Below are positions 52,126 to 64,000 of a stretch of 64,000 nt of DNA, piece by piece (position 1 is the first letter of the stretch; every line of letters starts with the position of its first letter). The stretch is from Hypanus sabinus. Taxonomy: Eukaryota. The notes below the pieces were generated by a model. The model saw nothing but the letters and a program-made list of their open reading frames with translations, had not been told where the DNA came from and made no database searches. The stretch lies in NCBI RefSeq assembly GCF_030144855.1, contig NC_082722.1, positions 47,926,001 to 47,990,000 of the forward strand, given 5' to 3'. The position numbers and the translations under genes were made by a program.

Positions 52126-52614
52126 TCATGAATACCCCAGAAGGTACAAATCCATTTCAATCATTGCTGGTTCTTTTGTACTTTCATTTCTGATTTTCCC
52201 TGTGCACAAATAACTATTAAAGCATTCAAAAGTCAGAAAGTTGCTTCCAGTGGCCCTTGATAAAGTGCATGAAATGGTAACATTATTTTGTTCTAATAGT
52301 ATGGAATGACCATAAGTGAAGATTTTAAGAAACTGCATATACTGGAAATCTAAACTAAAAACTGAAAATGCCAGAAATACTTCGGTTGCATCTGTGGGGA
52401 GAGAACCAGAGTTAAAAAAGTTGACCTGAATGTTAACTCTGCTCCTCTTTACACAAGTGGATGGTTGTATTCCTATCTTTAAAAAAAGCACATTTGCACT
52501 TGAAACAAATTAGGAAAAGATCTCCATAGATACCAGTCTTCAAGTGAAAGAGTTGTAAGTTCACATTCTGGCATTTAGGTAATAGCTGGTTGTGTTTTGG
52601 TTGTTTCGTTGCAG

Positions 52615-53237
52615 GTCTCTGTCAATTGGTGGAGGTGTTGCTGAATCTGTTAATTCTGGTGTGTGGGGCAATCTCCTACAGTGGCACTGGGGGCTACACA
52701 GATCTCTCCAGCCTAGGAAGCCTCTACTACTACACATTTGGATCAGCCTATAGTGGATTTCAAGGAGCGGAGGCTGAAAAAGTAAAAGAACTGGATGTTG
52801 CATTTTATCAGCTAAAGCTGCCCACAGTTGTTGCCACCATGGCATACAGTGGAGCTTTGATGTCTTTGGCATGCCTTTTGTTAGTTTTAGGCCTAGCTCG
52901 GATACCTTGGAAATTTCCTTTCTTAATGATTATTGAATGTGTTTTAGATATAGCAATAGCATTTGGTTATATACCCGCAGTTTATTTTTATTTCCAACAC
53001 CTGAATGAGAGCTACAATTCACAAGTGTGTAAAGAGAGAGAGGCCAAGTACAAAAGTAAGGGGTACGAAGGGTTTAACTGCAGTCTGCATGGTGCAGATA
53101 TTGTCGGTGGTCTTTGTGGCTGCCTGGCTATCATTGTATATCTGCTTAATGCAGTTGCAGCGATCTTGGGATTTAGAAAAGTTAGAAGATTAAAGGGGTC
53201 CAGAGAAAGTGATTATGTGGAAGGGATTAATGTATAA
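52615..53237 (+). CDS. MARVELD3: MARVELD3 alternative terminal exon A (MARVEL domain)
   Basis: EVLLNLLIL...GGYT...[12 protein letters not shown]...[11 protein letters not shown]...[23 protein letters not shown] matches recalled human isoform; gcag acceptor, phase 1. Confidence 0.95.
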
Positions 53238-54354
53238 AGGTTCAGATCATGTCAGCATATACACAGGATTTTTACACGTCAATAAGGAAGTCACTGTTTG
53301 TGAGACATCACGAGAAGCTGAACGGAAGCACATTTTGTCTTACTGCAGTTAATTGGTTTGTCCTGTCAAACAGGACCATATTCCTCTTCCTCCTTATCTC
53401 AACAGATAGTTTCAGTGGGCATTAATATAGAAAGAAATATTAATCCCACCATCCCAACTTTGCACAGATAAATGTTCAACATCTGATTAGACTTAAAATA
53501 TTGTTTTGAAAATTAAGATTTAAAGGGAGATATAAACAAATGCAATATTAGATTGCTCCTAAAATTTGTTTCCTTTTGATAAGTGCTATACAGTTAGATG
53601 AGTTATAGATATGGAACTATTTTAAATCTCGTATTAGATCTGCTTATCAGCTCCATATTTTTGCCTAACCAGTCCAAAAGGGAAAGTGGATACCTTTCTT
53701 CTTAAATAAGAGGAAATGCTGTGATGCTTTCATAGGTTTTGTGCATTTTCAATTCATCTCCAGTGTTTGAAGAACATATTCCTAAACAGTGGGATCAAAG
53801 TCTCTAGATAATTGTAAGAACAATAGTGATTTAAATGATATTGTGATATTGAACATTGAGTACAAGTGTCTATAATTTAGCATTAAACCATTAAAAGATG
53901 GGTGGTGATAAGAAATGGAACTGTTTTCTAATCTGAAATTGAACTTAAAGATATTGTGAGAACAGAATTAAAATTCCTCAAACTTATCGCAGTGTACATA
54001 ATGCTGGTCCAACAAAAATGAAAAGTGTGTTCCATCCTGCAGTCCTTGGTCTCCTCACTCACAAGAGTTTAAATATCCCAAGTTCAGAATATTAATCACA
54101 ATTCTAAACAAATACAGAATGGAATCAAGACTTCATTGGAATTACTTCATGTAATCTGGTTACTGAACTTATCTCATGATTATTTACATTATGCATTTAG
54201 TTTTAATATGCTTTGTTTTTTTAAAGATTCCTTTGTACATAATGGATAAAAAATCGTGAATTTGTAAGTTTTCTCGCTATAATTTAACCATGTATTTCTG
54301 AAAAGTATTTTATTCATATTAATCTGGGTGACTGAATATATTGTTTTTAATATT

Positions 54355-54400
54355 ATTAAAGTACACACTAATGTCCTCTTTTGTCTTTGTTTTTGTTCAG
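54355..54400 (+). terminator. Candidate poly(A) signal for MARVELD3 isoform A
   Basis: ATTAAA followed by a GT/T-rich downstream element. Confidence 0.35.
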
Positions 54401-54769
54401 TTAAGTAAAAACATCTCAGTAGAATGGAATTAAATTACATTGAAATGATTTTTAAAACGAAGTGAAATCAATTGTTATTGATGGAAGTTAATACTGTACA
54501 TTTATTCAGAGCCTCAGTTTTAGTAGTTCCCCCCAAATCTCAAATGTTCACATTCCTTGCAAAAAGTTCTTTGGTGTTAGGGTAAGCACTTTGAACACAG
54601 AAATTTAATATCTTATTAAGCAACAGATTTAACCTAGAATGAACAACTTGGAATGAAGTTATTTACTCCCCCCCCCCCCCCCCCCCATTTTTGGAGAAGT
54701 AAATGAAGTCCAATTTGCTGTCTCCTCCAGCCTTAAGCTGCTTCATTTTCTAAGTATCGAAGATGATTT

Positions 54770-55600
54770 ATTTCAACTCTTAATTCTGTAGATTCTGAGA
54801 TGCCAAACAGATGCCCACAGATTCTGTCACAGATGAGGCAGGAAGTGATTGACAGAGTTAATGATTGGAAGTACCTCTTACTTCCATGGAAGAATCTTGA
54901 TGTTCTTAGTGCCATCTTGTATTGTGAGTGTTTGAGTCAGTTTTCCTGTATTTTCAAGGAGGCATTCAGGGTCACCTTTAATTATTTCTCTACCTTTCTG
55001 TAATCTCTTGACACAGTGGAACCTGGAATAAAGTTTAACAGGTTTGGTGTAGGGCATTTGAATAACATCACCTGCCAAATGAGTGATATTAGATCTTCAC
55101 TTCTGGGGAAGTTGGTCTGCAGTAAAAGGCTGACAGTCTGCTTTGTGGATACAGCATTAGTAATATCACTGCATTGATTTGAGGTAGGCCTATAAAGTAA
55201 GACTGGGATCACTGCTGGCCAGTCAACTATGAGCTTTGTGCCAGGTTTGAGGTCTTGTTATTGAAACATTCTTTTTCTCAGATAAAGACATTGAACACAA
55301 CAGTGAATTTCTTCACAAATGTCTACCTTTGCTGAAAAGTGGCTCCCAAGATGTGAAAAGTTGTCCACGTTGGGTTATGATCTTTAATGTCTTTAGTGGA
55401 TGTGTAGGTGAAATGCAGTGAGGACACACTGGAAAATACCCTCTGATTGAATGTAAAGCAGGATGAAAAAAGGGTTGCAAGTTCCTCCAGTCTTAAGTGG
55501 GCTGCTGAAGATGAACTATTGGAGCCCAGGGTAATCAAGACCAGATGTGCTTCTGAAATAGAGCTGCTTTTGGTTGCTTTTTCAATGGAGAATAGTTTTC
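54770..55600 (-). mobile_element. Ancient RTE-clade LINE fragment
   Basis: AGDVIQMP.., QDGTK.. and C..C.RIC....G.S C-terminal pattern. Confidence 0.55.
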
Positions 55601-57507
55601 AAAACTCAGAGGCAGTTGTTCTGGTGTCCCAAAACTTTTAAAACTAAAAACAACGCTAGTTTTCTTGGTGAACTCAAGTCCTATATTCAATTTTGCTCAC
55701 AGAAGAATCTGTTCAATTTCCAATTTAATCTCAGTTCTCAATTTCCTTGATGTTCCCTCCTGGAATCTGAACATATTATTTTAAATGTTTATAATGAATC
55801 TCTTAATTCCCTTGATTTTGTTAGAATTTGAATTTCCTGTCACTCAATTTACCAATCTAAGTAGTCTTATTTGAGTTTCTCTTCCGATTCACATTTTTTG
55901 GGTTGGGTTGGGTTGGCAGCTTAGAATGCATGTGTTGATGCAGCACAAAGATATGCGAAGAATTAGTCTGGAACTATGTAATTTGGTTTCACACCAACAG
56001 CAGGTTGATGTTATCATGGTTCATCCTTTGGATAAAACCACATTCACCAAGTTAACATTGAGCTGTTTCAAATAGTAAGTCACTTGACCAGATATGTTAA
56101 CATTTTCATGTTAACACTGATTGCTACTGTAACTTTTTTAACCTTACATAATTTCACATTGCACAAACAACTTGATGTACATAGTGAGTATTGTTGGAAC
56201 ATGAGAACTAAGAATCTCAAATTATAATCTCTGGTGGCAACAACAATGTGAGATAAATCATTCACTTCATTTTATGACAAAGATTATATTCAAATATTGC
56301 CTGTTAAATACAACTGTTTAGTCTTAACTTGGCTTCAAAGTTGTAGATTTATTTTTTTTTGTAATATAGTCATGGAGTTTACTCATCCATGCTTACTTTG
56401 TTGCCAGTGAGCTAGTCCCTTCTGCCTGTGTAAGGCCCATATAGCCTTCTGAACCTTTCCTAGCAATGTAAAAATCTAGATGGCTTTTAATTGTTGTTCA
56501 TGTGCCTGCCTCAACCACTGCTTCTAGCAGCTCAATCCAAATACACACCACTCCTTGCTTGAAGCTTTCCCTGATATCCTTTTAAAATTTTATGTACCAT
56601 ATATACATAAGGTGCCCTAGTGGCACTTTATATGATCAATTCATGTACATACAATATAAGTGACCTTATGTTTATTGTGCTTTTTTAAAAATTATTTTTG
56701 TGCTCTTTAGCTTATTGAGCTTTTTATGTGCTACATCAGATCAAGAGTAACAATTATTTTGTTCTCCTATACAGGAAATGATATTAAACGATCTTGAAAC
56801 TGAAACCTGTGCCCTCTTAACACCTCCTACCTGGAAAACAGATTATGCGCTTTCACCCTGTCTATGACCCTCATGATCTTGTACACCTCTTTCGGGTCAC
56901 CCCTCAATTTCCTCTGTTCCATTATCTTGAAGTTGGAGAGCATTCTGCATTACTTCACATCAATGTTTGCTCACATTAAAGAAGCCAGGTGGGATAAGTA
57001 GACCAAGTCTGAGGTCAAGGAAAAAATAGGGAAATTACACATTTCTAAAAGTTTGATAAAATGAAGAATATTAATTTGTAGCTTGACAAAAATATACAGT
57101 GGTGACAAGAATCTTGCCTTTCCATTCCACAAAATTATTGTATGATGAATCATTAGCATGACAATTAAAAACATATTAGAAAGATTGTTTTACAAAGGGG
57201 AAGATGGATATGTGTATTCTCTGTTGACGCCACTCACTCACCTGTAGTTCTTGAAGCATATGGTTTTTAATGTCCATTTATCGTTTCAATTTATTTTGAA
57301 TGCCACATCCTGCTGAGACACTGTAACCAATCTATTTCAAATAACTAGTCTTCAGTCACAAGGCCATTAAGGTAAAAGCATATAAAAGAGACATTTATTC
57401 TCCATCTCAATGATCACCCATAATGTGAATAGGATGAAGGAAGATAGGATTTGAAGAGCTGCAATATACTTAATTTCATCACTCACCCATTATTCCTTTT
57501 TTGTCAG

Positions 57508-58106
57508 GTATAGTTCAGATGTTGGAGGCCACGTTAAATATGCTGGTGTTGGTGTGTGTGGTGGCATCATACATTATTCTCTCAGGATACAGCAGTAATG
57601 GTGGACTGGCAACAAGCTTCTTCAGCATCAACAGCGATTATTCTCCACTTGAAGGGGAACAACTAAAGGAAGTGCAGAAACTTGATCGGGAGTTTATTGT
57701 AATGAGAGCGCCTGAACTCTACACAGGCATTGGCATTTCCATTGCCATGTTTGCCATCACCCTGGCTATTATAATTAAGGGTGCTCAGGTTTTACATAAC
57801 ATGTCTCTGAAGTGGTTGATACTTGAACTAATATTCAATATACTGGCATCTCTAGGTTATGCAGCAGCAGTTGGCACTTACTTGTATTTTGTCCTCCAGA
57901 TTAATGCTACTGATGTTTGCAAGAGGAGGGAGCTTCTTTATGCCAGGTATGGTCTGAACTGGATGAATTGTGATTTAGCTGGATCTGATGCTGCAGCAGC
58001 CTGCTTTGGCATACTTCTTGCTATATTTTATTGTGTTAGTGCAATACTGGTTGTACAATTTTACCGAAAGGTGGAGAAACAAAACAAAGATACTTTACGT
58101 TCTTAA
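57508..58106 (+). CDS. MARVELD3: MARVELD3 alternative terminal exon B (MARVEL domain)
   Basis: GIVQMLE..LN.LVLVCVVASY...YSPLEG...QINATDVCKRRELLYARYGLNWMNCDLAGSD matches the second human isoform; tcag acceptor, phase 1. Confidence 0.95.
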
Positions 58107-58899
58107 GAAAATTTATGTATTATAATTCCACAGAAGTTTCATAGTTGGCATAGCTGGAAAAGACACAGAATAATGTGCAGCAGCGTATAGAATACAGAGA
58201 TGTGATACAAAGCCAATGTAAAATAATCAGCTGGGAAGGGGCACCTTAACTAACCTAACAGAAAGGGGAAACTTGAATCAGGCTTCATATTTATTCAGTA
58301 AATCTTACTGCGCACAATGGAAATCTAAAATAGAATTGGAATGCTGCATTTGACAAAGTCGCCTGGCAAAATTCAATGTAGAAGTTTAATTGTTCAAAAT
58401 CTCAAGTTGGACATAGCTATGCCCCAAATCGAATCACTGCATTTTAGAGGTGGTGATAACTTGGAAGCTGGTGGGGAACAACTAAAAAATTACAAGTCTA
58501 CCTTTTAAAGGGGTAGTAAACATTACCTTTAAAAAATCTAGTTATATTGGGTTGTGGGCAATGTAAAATCAGAATCAGGTTTATTTTCACTGGCATGTGA
58601 TTTTATGCTAAATAGAACACACAACAATCAGGGCTGGGTATTATAGTCTCTTGAAACTGCTATTAAAATTGTGGATGATCTGATTATTGGCCACCTGACT
58701 ATACTTCCCTGCCTGATCCTCATAACCTTTAATTTTTCCTTTAGTCCAATAATCAATCTAGGCTGAAATAGATTTTTAAAAATGGCAATCAGTATCCCTT
58801 CCACAACATGTTTTTCCTCATTTCATTAAGCAGTTCACCACTTATCTAGTATACACCTCTGTTCTAGATAATAAAATCTCTCTTTCTGAAATTATTGAA

Positions 58900-61130
58900 T
58901 TTGAGATAGAAACAGGTAATTTAGCCTAACTTGTCCATACTGGCCAGTGGGTACCATTCGGTATTAATCTCAGTGAGATTGCTCTCATTGCCAAAGTGAT
59001 TCAGAGTTCATCTAGGCACTTAAATGCTGTCAGCAACCCAGCTCCAGCAAGACTCTTGGTCAGTGTAGTCTACATACTTGCCACTCTCTGGGGGATGAAG
59101 TTCCCCTCATTGTCTCTAGATCTTGTCCCCATTACACTCAATCTATGTTCTCTAAAGTTATCTAACCCAGTATGAGGAAATGTTTCTTGCAGTCTACTTT
59201 ATTTTAAAAAAAAGCCTTAAAATGTTAGTTTTTCTCAACCATGTTCACTCTTAAGCACTTCTGCTCCAATCCCCATTCCCCCGAACTGAACTACTCCGCT
59301 CCAGGCAACACTGTAATGAATGTTCCCTGCACCCTCTCCAGTACTATTACATCCTTCCTAACCGAAACTGCATGCTGTACTCCAGTTGTGATCTGACCAA
59401 GGTTTTAGCATAACCTTATGCACTCAGTGCCCCACTAATCAAGGTCAATGTTCCACATACCTTCCTAATCATGCCATTTATCTGCATTGCTACCTTCACA
59501 TTTCTGTAGATGTACTCCAAGTTTCCTCTGTTCCTCAAAGCTCCCAAAGACTCTATCAATACTAATAGTTATTAGTATTGCCAAAATGCATCATCTGTTT
59601 ATTTTAACCCTACCCTAACAACACATAGCTTGCTGCAGTGTAAGACTACCTTCCGCACTACCAATATGTCTGAGAATCTTTGTTTCATCAGAAAACTTAC
59701 TAATCTTTCTTCCCACATCCACATACATTAGAAAAAGCAAGGATCCCAGTACCAGTCCTTGTAGGACACCACTTGTCATAGGCATCCAATCACAGAACTA
59801 ATCCTCTACTGCTGCCTTCTGAACCCTGTTACCAGGATAATTTTGGATCCAGTTTGCCAATTTGTCCTGGAATAATTTCCTATATGGTATAACTTAAGAA
59901 TGACCAAAGATCATTACTGCACAACTTACATGCCCTGACTGCCCTTCCCTATCCCGTTAAAGCAGTCTCCTGTCTAGGACCTTATTAAAGGCATTGTTGA
60001 AGTTCATATAAATCACTTCATGCCCCTTCACAGAATTTGAGTGGCCAGACAGAAATTGCCCTTGACAAAGCTATGTTTTCTATCTCTGATTCGTCTCTGC
60101 CTTTCCAAGTGATCATTAATCCTCTCCCTCAATATTATTTTTCCAATATTTTCCCTACCACTGATATTAGGCTCGCAAATCTATAGTTACCAAGCTTTTT
60201 CCTGAAAAGGAAGATCATATTTGTTCTCCTCCTGTCATCTGGTACCTGTGGCCAACAAAGGTATAAAAATCTCAGCAATAGGTCCAGCAATCCACCCTTG
60301 CCTCCTATCCAGACCTGGAGATTTATCCATTCAATGTCCAACAAGGCGTTGAAAATCCTGTAAAGGGAAATGTGCCTTTACTAGCTTGTTCTGCCTCCTG
60401 GACTTGCTACTTCTCCTCTAGGTGATTGTACCTTTTCATCTGAGTATCTACTGAGCTCACATCCTCTGCCATCTCATTTTAAACCTTCACCAACAGCACT
60501 AGCAAACCTCTCATCAAGGATGTTGGTCCCATTCCAGTTAAGGTGCAACCTATCCAACTTATACAGGTCCCACCTTCCCCAGAAATGGTACAAATCCAGG
60601 AACTTAAAATACCCTTGTCCTGCACCATCCCTTCAGCTACACATTCAGCTGTTGCTCTACTCAATAGTTTTGGCACCAGAAGCTATTCTAGAGATTAAAA
60701 CCTTTCAGATTCTGCTCTTTAAACAGCTACCAAGCTCCCTAAATTCATGTTGCAGGACCTCTACCTATGTCTTTGGAATCTCTGCCTGTTCACCCTCCCC
60801 TTTCAGAAGGACACACTTACCTCTCATCCCCAATAGTTTTCAAGATGGCATAACTTGAGAATGACCCAAAGGTGATTCTTGCACAACTTGTATCTCCTTG
60901 GTGATCACCCATCTCCTCTCTCACTGCACCTATGGAGTGACCAGCTCACTAAACGTTTTGACTATATCATTCTTCCCCTTCCCAGAAATTCTACAGCAAA
61001 TCTTAACTGCAGCTCCAACTGCTCCAAGTGATCTGCCAGGAACTGTAGCTATTCACACTTACTGCAAGGACACTGGGTTTGTCCCCCAAATCTCTACACC
61101 CAGTATGAGGAGCATACTACTCTAGTCTTC
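58900..61130 (-). mobile_element. Old, multiply deleted CR1
   Basis: LGNYRFASLISVVGKILEK, GVLQGLVLGSL-type RT remnant and ORF1 remnants. Confidence 0.7.
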
Positions 61131-62864
61131 AGAACATTTACGATTATTCTCTTTGACTAAGACAAAGAGAAAAGAAAGAGTCCCAGGGCTGCAATGTGCC
61201 TAAACAAAAGATGAGATATGTTCTTCAAGTTTATATTGGGCTTTATTAGAACAGTGAAGAAGGTCAAAGTCAAAAAGATCAGAGTGGGAATGGGTCAGAA
61301 TTAAAATGACAGGTGACTAAAATCTTGGAGTTACTCCTGTGCGCTGAAGTTTCAATCTTTTGAAATGTTTTCACCCTATTCTTTGTTGCTAGCTCAAAGC
61401 TTTTGAATTATCAATATTCAAGCCAACTTCTATTCATACTGCAATGCTCCCTTTAAACATTTTAACAATATTAAGTTTTTTCTCCAAAACCTGCAAAGAT
61501 AATTTAAGAGTCTTCTGCTTCTGATTCGTGCTTACTCTTCTCATTATTTTACAAGTGTCAAAGTTTTCAGCAATATCTACTGACCTGATTCATTCCTCTG
61601 GCCCCCTTTCTGCAATTTTCAGAATCCAGCTGTTTACCAAACCTTTCTCAACTCCTAATTTTCCCACTATCAATGAATCCTGACATTCGCTATTGAGCAT
61701 AACATTTGGCTTCATACTCTAAACTGTTACACTTCAGAAAGTTCAACTTTATACTGTTGAGACTTTCCGTGGCCATGAAAAATACTGCAGAAATACAAAT
61801 CCGCCTTTAGCATAATAGCCAGTTTGACTCATTAATATTTCTCTATACCTCATCTCAAGTGCAAAAATTGCTAACATTTACCATGAAGGTCAAGGCAAAC
61901 ATGTAGCCTCAGTGGAGCACCATTCCAATATTATCCATTCTTAACACTAGCTTCTTAAGAAAATAACATCATGTTATAGTTTTATAAGTAATATGATCAA
62001 TATTTATCAGTCTGAATTATTGTATTGCATTGTTTTTGGCTATAAGGGTGTCAGTGTTTCCTAGTACCAATAAATGAAATTAGTGACGAAACTGGCTTTA
62101 GTATATTGGGGATGTTGTGAAAGTGACTTGTAATAAAATGGTTATAATAAACCTGGTTACTTTGAACATTTCATTCTAAGTCACTGCATGACTTTTGTTA
62201 AATTGTTGTAATTCCCAAGATTTACAAATAGGGAAAAAAAACTTGCAACTTTGAGAGAGGACCTACATTACTTTTACCATTAACAAATATTGCTAAATTT
62301 AAATCTGGAAGCTTTGTACTTTAAGAATTCATAAGGCATTGCTAAAATGTGTACTTCATCAAGCACATTGATCAGATCTTAACTCACAAAAATTCAACCA
62401 AAGCATCATAAAATAGGCTCTTTCATGTGAGAATCACAAATAAAGACAGCCAATTTTAACAGAAAAATCTCTGATGCAAGTCTTTGGAAGGTAGAGTGAA
62501 GGTTTAGAACATAAGAAACAGAAGGTAATCAGCTCCTCATCTGTCTCACATCGATTGTGACTGATCTTACCCTGGTGCCACCTTATTTTAAGGTGTATCT
62601 GGAGTTGTTACTGGTATATTTAGAATTCATCCACTGGTTTCATAGGACAAGTGGAAAGTATGCCAGACCTTTAGATAATGGATTGTGACGGTATCAATTT
62701 CTGCTCCGGCTGCAGAGTGTTTCATGAATACTCAGCTTGAGCTATCCAAACTGGTGAAGCTGAAACAGAGTTCTACATACATACTAATAGTAAAAACAGT
62801 ATGCAAAGTAACAAAGTACTGTGATCCCACAACTAATACATGAGCGACAAGTAGTACCGTTACA

Positions 62865-63290
62865 TCTGGTTATGAATGGTGGTTAAAGAGCTAGTAGGAG
62901 GTGGAGTCCTGCACGTGAAGGCTAAACTCGGAAACATCCACTTCAAAGTGTCAAGTAGATGACTCACATCAGCTTTCTCCTTAGATCCCCATCATTGTAG
63001 AAGCCAGTCTTTAGCAAATCAATTTACTCCATGTGATATCAATAATTGGCCGAGGGCTCTGGACACAACAAAAATTATGGACCAATCTGCATATCAGCAT
63101 TTAGGTGGTTGTGCTGAACAGCTTTAACACACAGTAGCTTTAATCAAACTCCTCTGAGACAAATGCAATACTGACATCTACCTGGCCATGTGGAAAATTG
63201 CCTAGATATATCCCGTTCACAAAAGCACAAGTCCCATCTGGGTTATCATGGCCCAATAGGTGATGAAAGATGCCATTGACAGTGGGGATG
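62865..63290 (+). mobile_element. Ancient LINE RT remnant
   Basis: ALDTTK...NTDIYLAMWKIA.IYPVHK, the pre-RT WK.A...PVHK motif. Confidence 0.55.
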
Positions 63291-64000
63291 CTCCCGGAGC
63301 TCTCTCCTTCCATTAACAATGTACTAATTACAGGATTGATCAGCGCTGTAGAAAGCATCATTTCATGTTTAGCCCCATGATGCAACTTCATACTTCACTA
63401 TCAGAATGTAACTTATTTTTCCTCTGCTTAATAAACTTTCCCAGTATTATCCTTCATTTCAGAGTTCCAGTAACTGCCATGTGCTGATTTGTTTAAAAAC
63501 ACAAAATACTGGCAGAACTCAGCAGGCCAGACAGCATCTATGGGAGGAGGTAGTGACAAAGCCTACACCGGTATTTTCTGTATTGTGTTGGTTCTCACAC
63601 TGTCTGGCACCCACGTCATTCGTGACTCAAGCAAAGTCACGAACAACTATGTTGAGATACTGCCAAGTTATATTTTCTGGTAGTTATTGACATTCCCCAA
63701 TCCAGATTATATTTTGTGTTCTGTAACTAGAAGCAGCCTTTTTTTGTTGATTTTAGTATTTTGACCAGAGAATTTAAAAAAAAATTAGGATTCAATTTCA
63801 GATGACCCCCATTGGAAAATCTGTAAACTCTTGGCATGCATTATAAACTTAACTGAGAATAAAATTTCATAGTCATATATTTTACGCAGTATAAATCTTT
63901 ATTGCTACTTTGGCTGAACAAATAATCAAAAATACAGATGGATCCTCCAGAATCTATAGCAGCATCTTTAAGAAACATCTTCTGGTATCTAAGGGAACCA

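Noticed and set aside
54668-54686. C19 homopolymer, potential G-quadruplex
   Set aside because: Simple repeat with no supporting context.
63140-63391. 83-aa - strand ORF as a possible exon of a downstream gene such as PHLPP2
   Set aside because: It is largely antisense to a + strand LINE remnant (MWKIA.IYPVHK) and shows no recognisable host-gene similarity.

Overview
Repeat-rich vertebrate genomic DNA. The repeat content (CR1, Rex/Babar, Penelope, RTE) suggests a cartilaginous fish; this is an inference. Two host genes are transcribed divergently. CEP89 (- strand) shows coding exons 1-3 at 18278-18316, 2299-2405 and 1244-1417 and runs off the left edge. MARVELD3 (+ strand) has coding exons at 46262-46713 and 47678-47808 plus two alternative terminal MARVEL-domain exons at 52615-53237 and 57508-58106. 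Most other sequence is decayed transposons: CR1, Rex/Babar, L1, RTE, Nimb/I-clade and Penelope retroelements, two Ty3/Gypsy elements, hAT and mariner elements, and an internally deleted Academ (XPG-type) DNA transposon. The least explained feature is a ~3.3-kb intronless block (21380-24680, - strand) holding two tandem decayed paralogous ORFs. Their divergence is synonymous-biased, and by eye their motif spacing resembles a catalytically dead dUTPase fold, making it a candidate endogenous viral accessory-gene array. Other points of note are a GC-AG intron in CEP89, a duplicated promoter-flank segment with asymmetric CpG decay, a four-level transposon nest and a possible self-priming chromovirus PBS.
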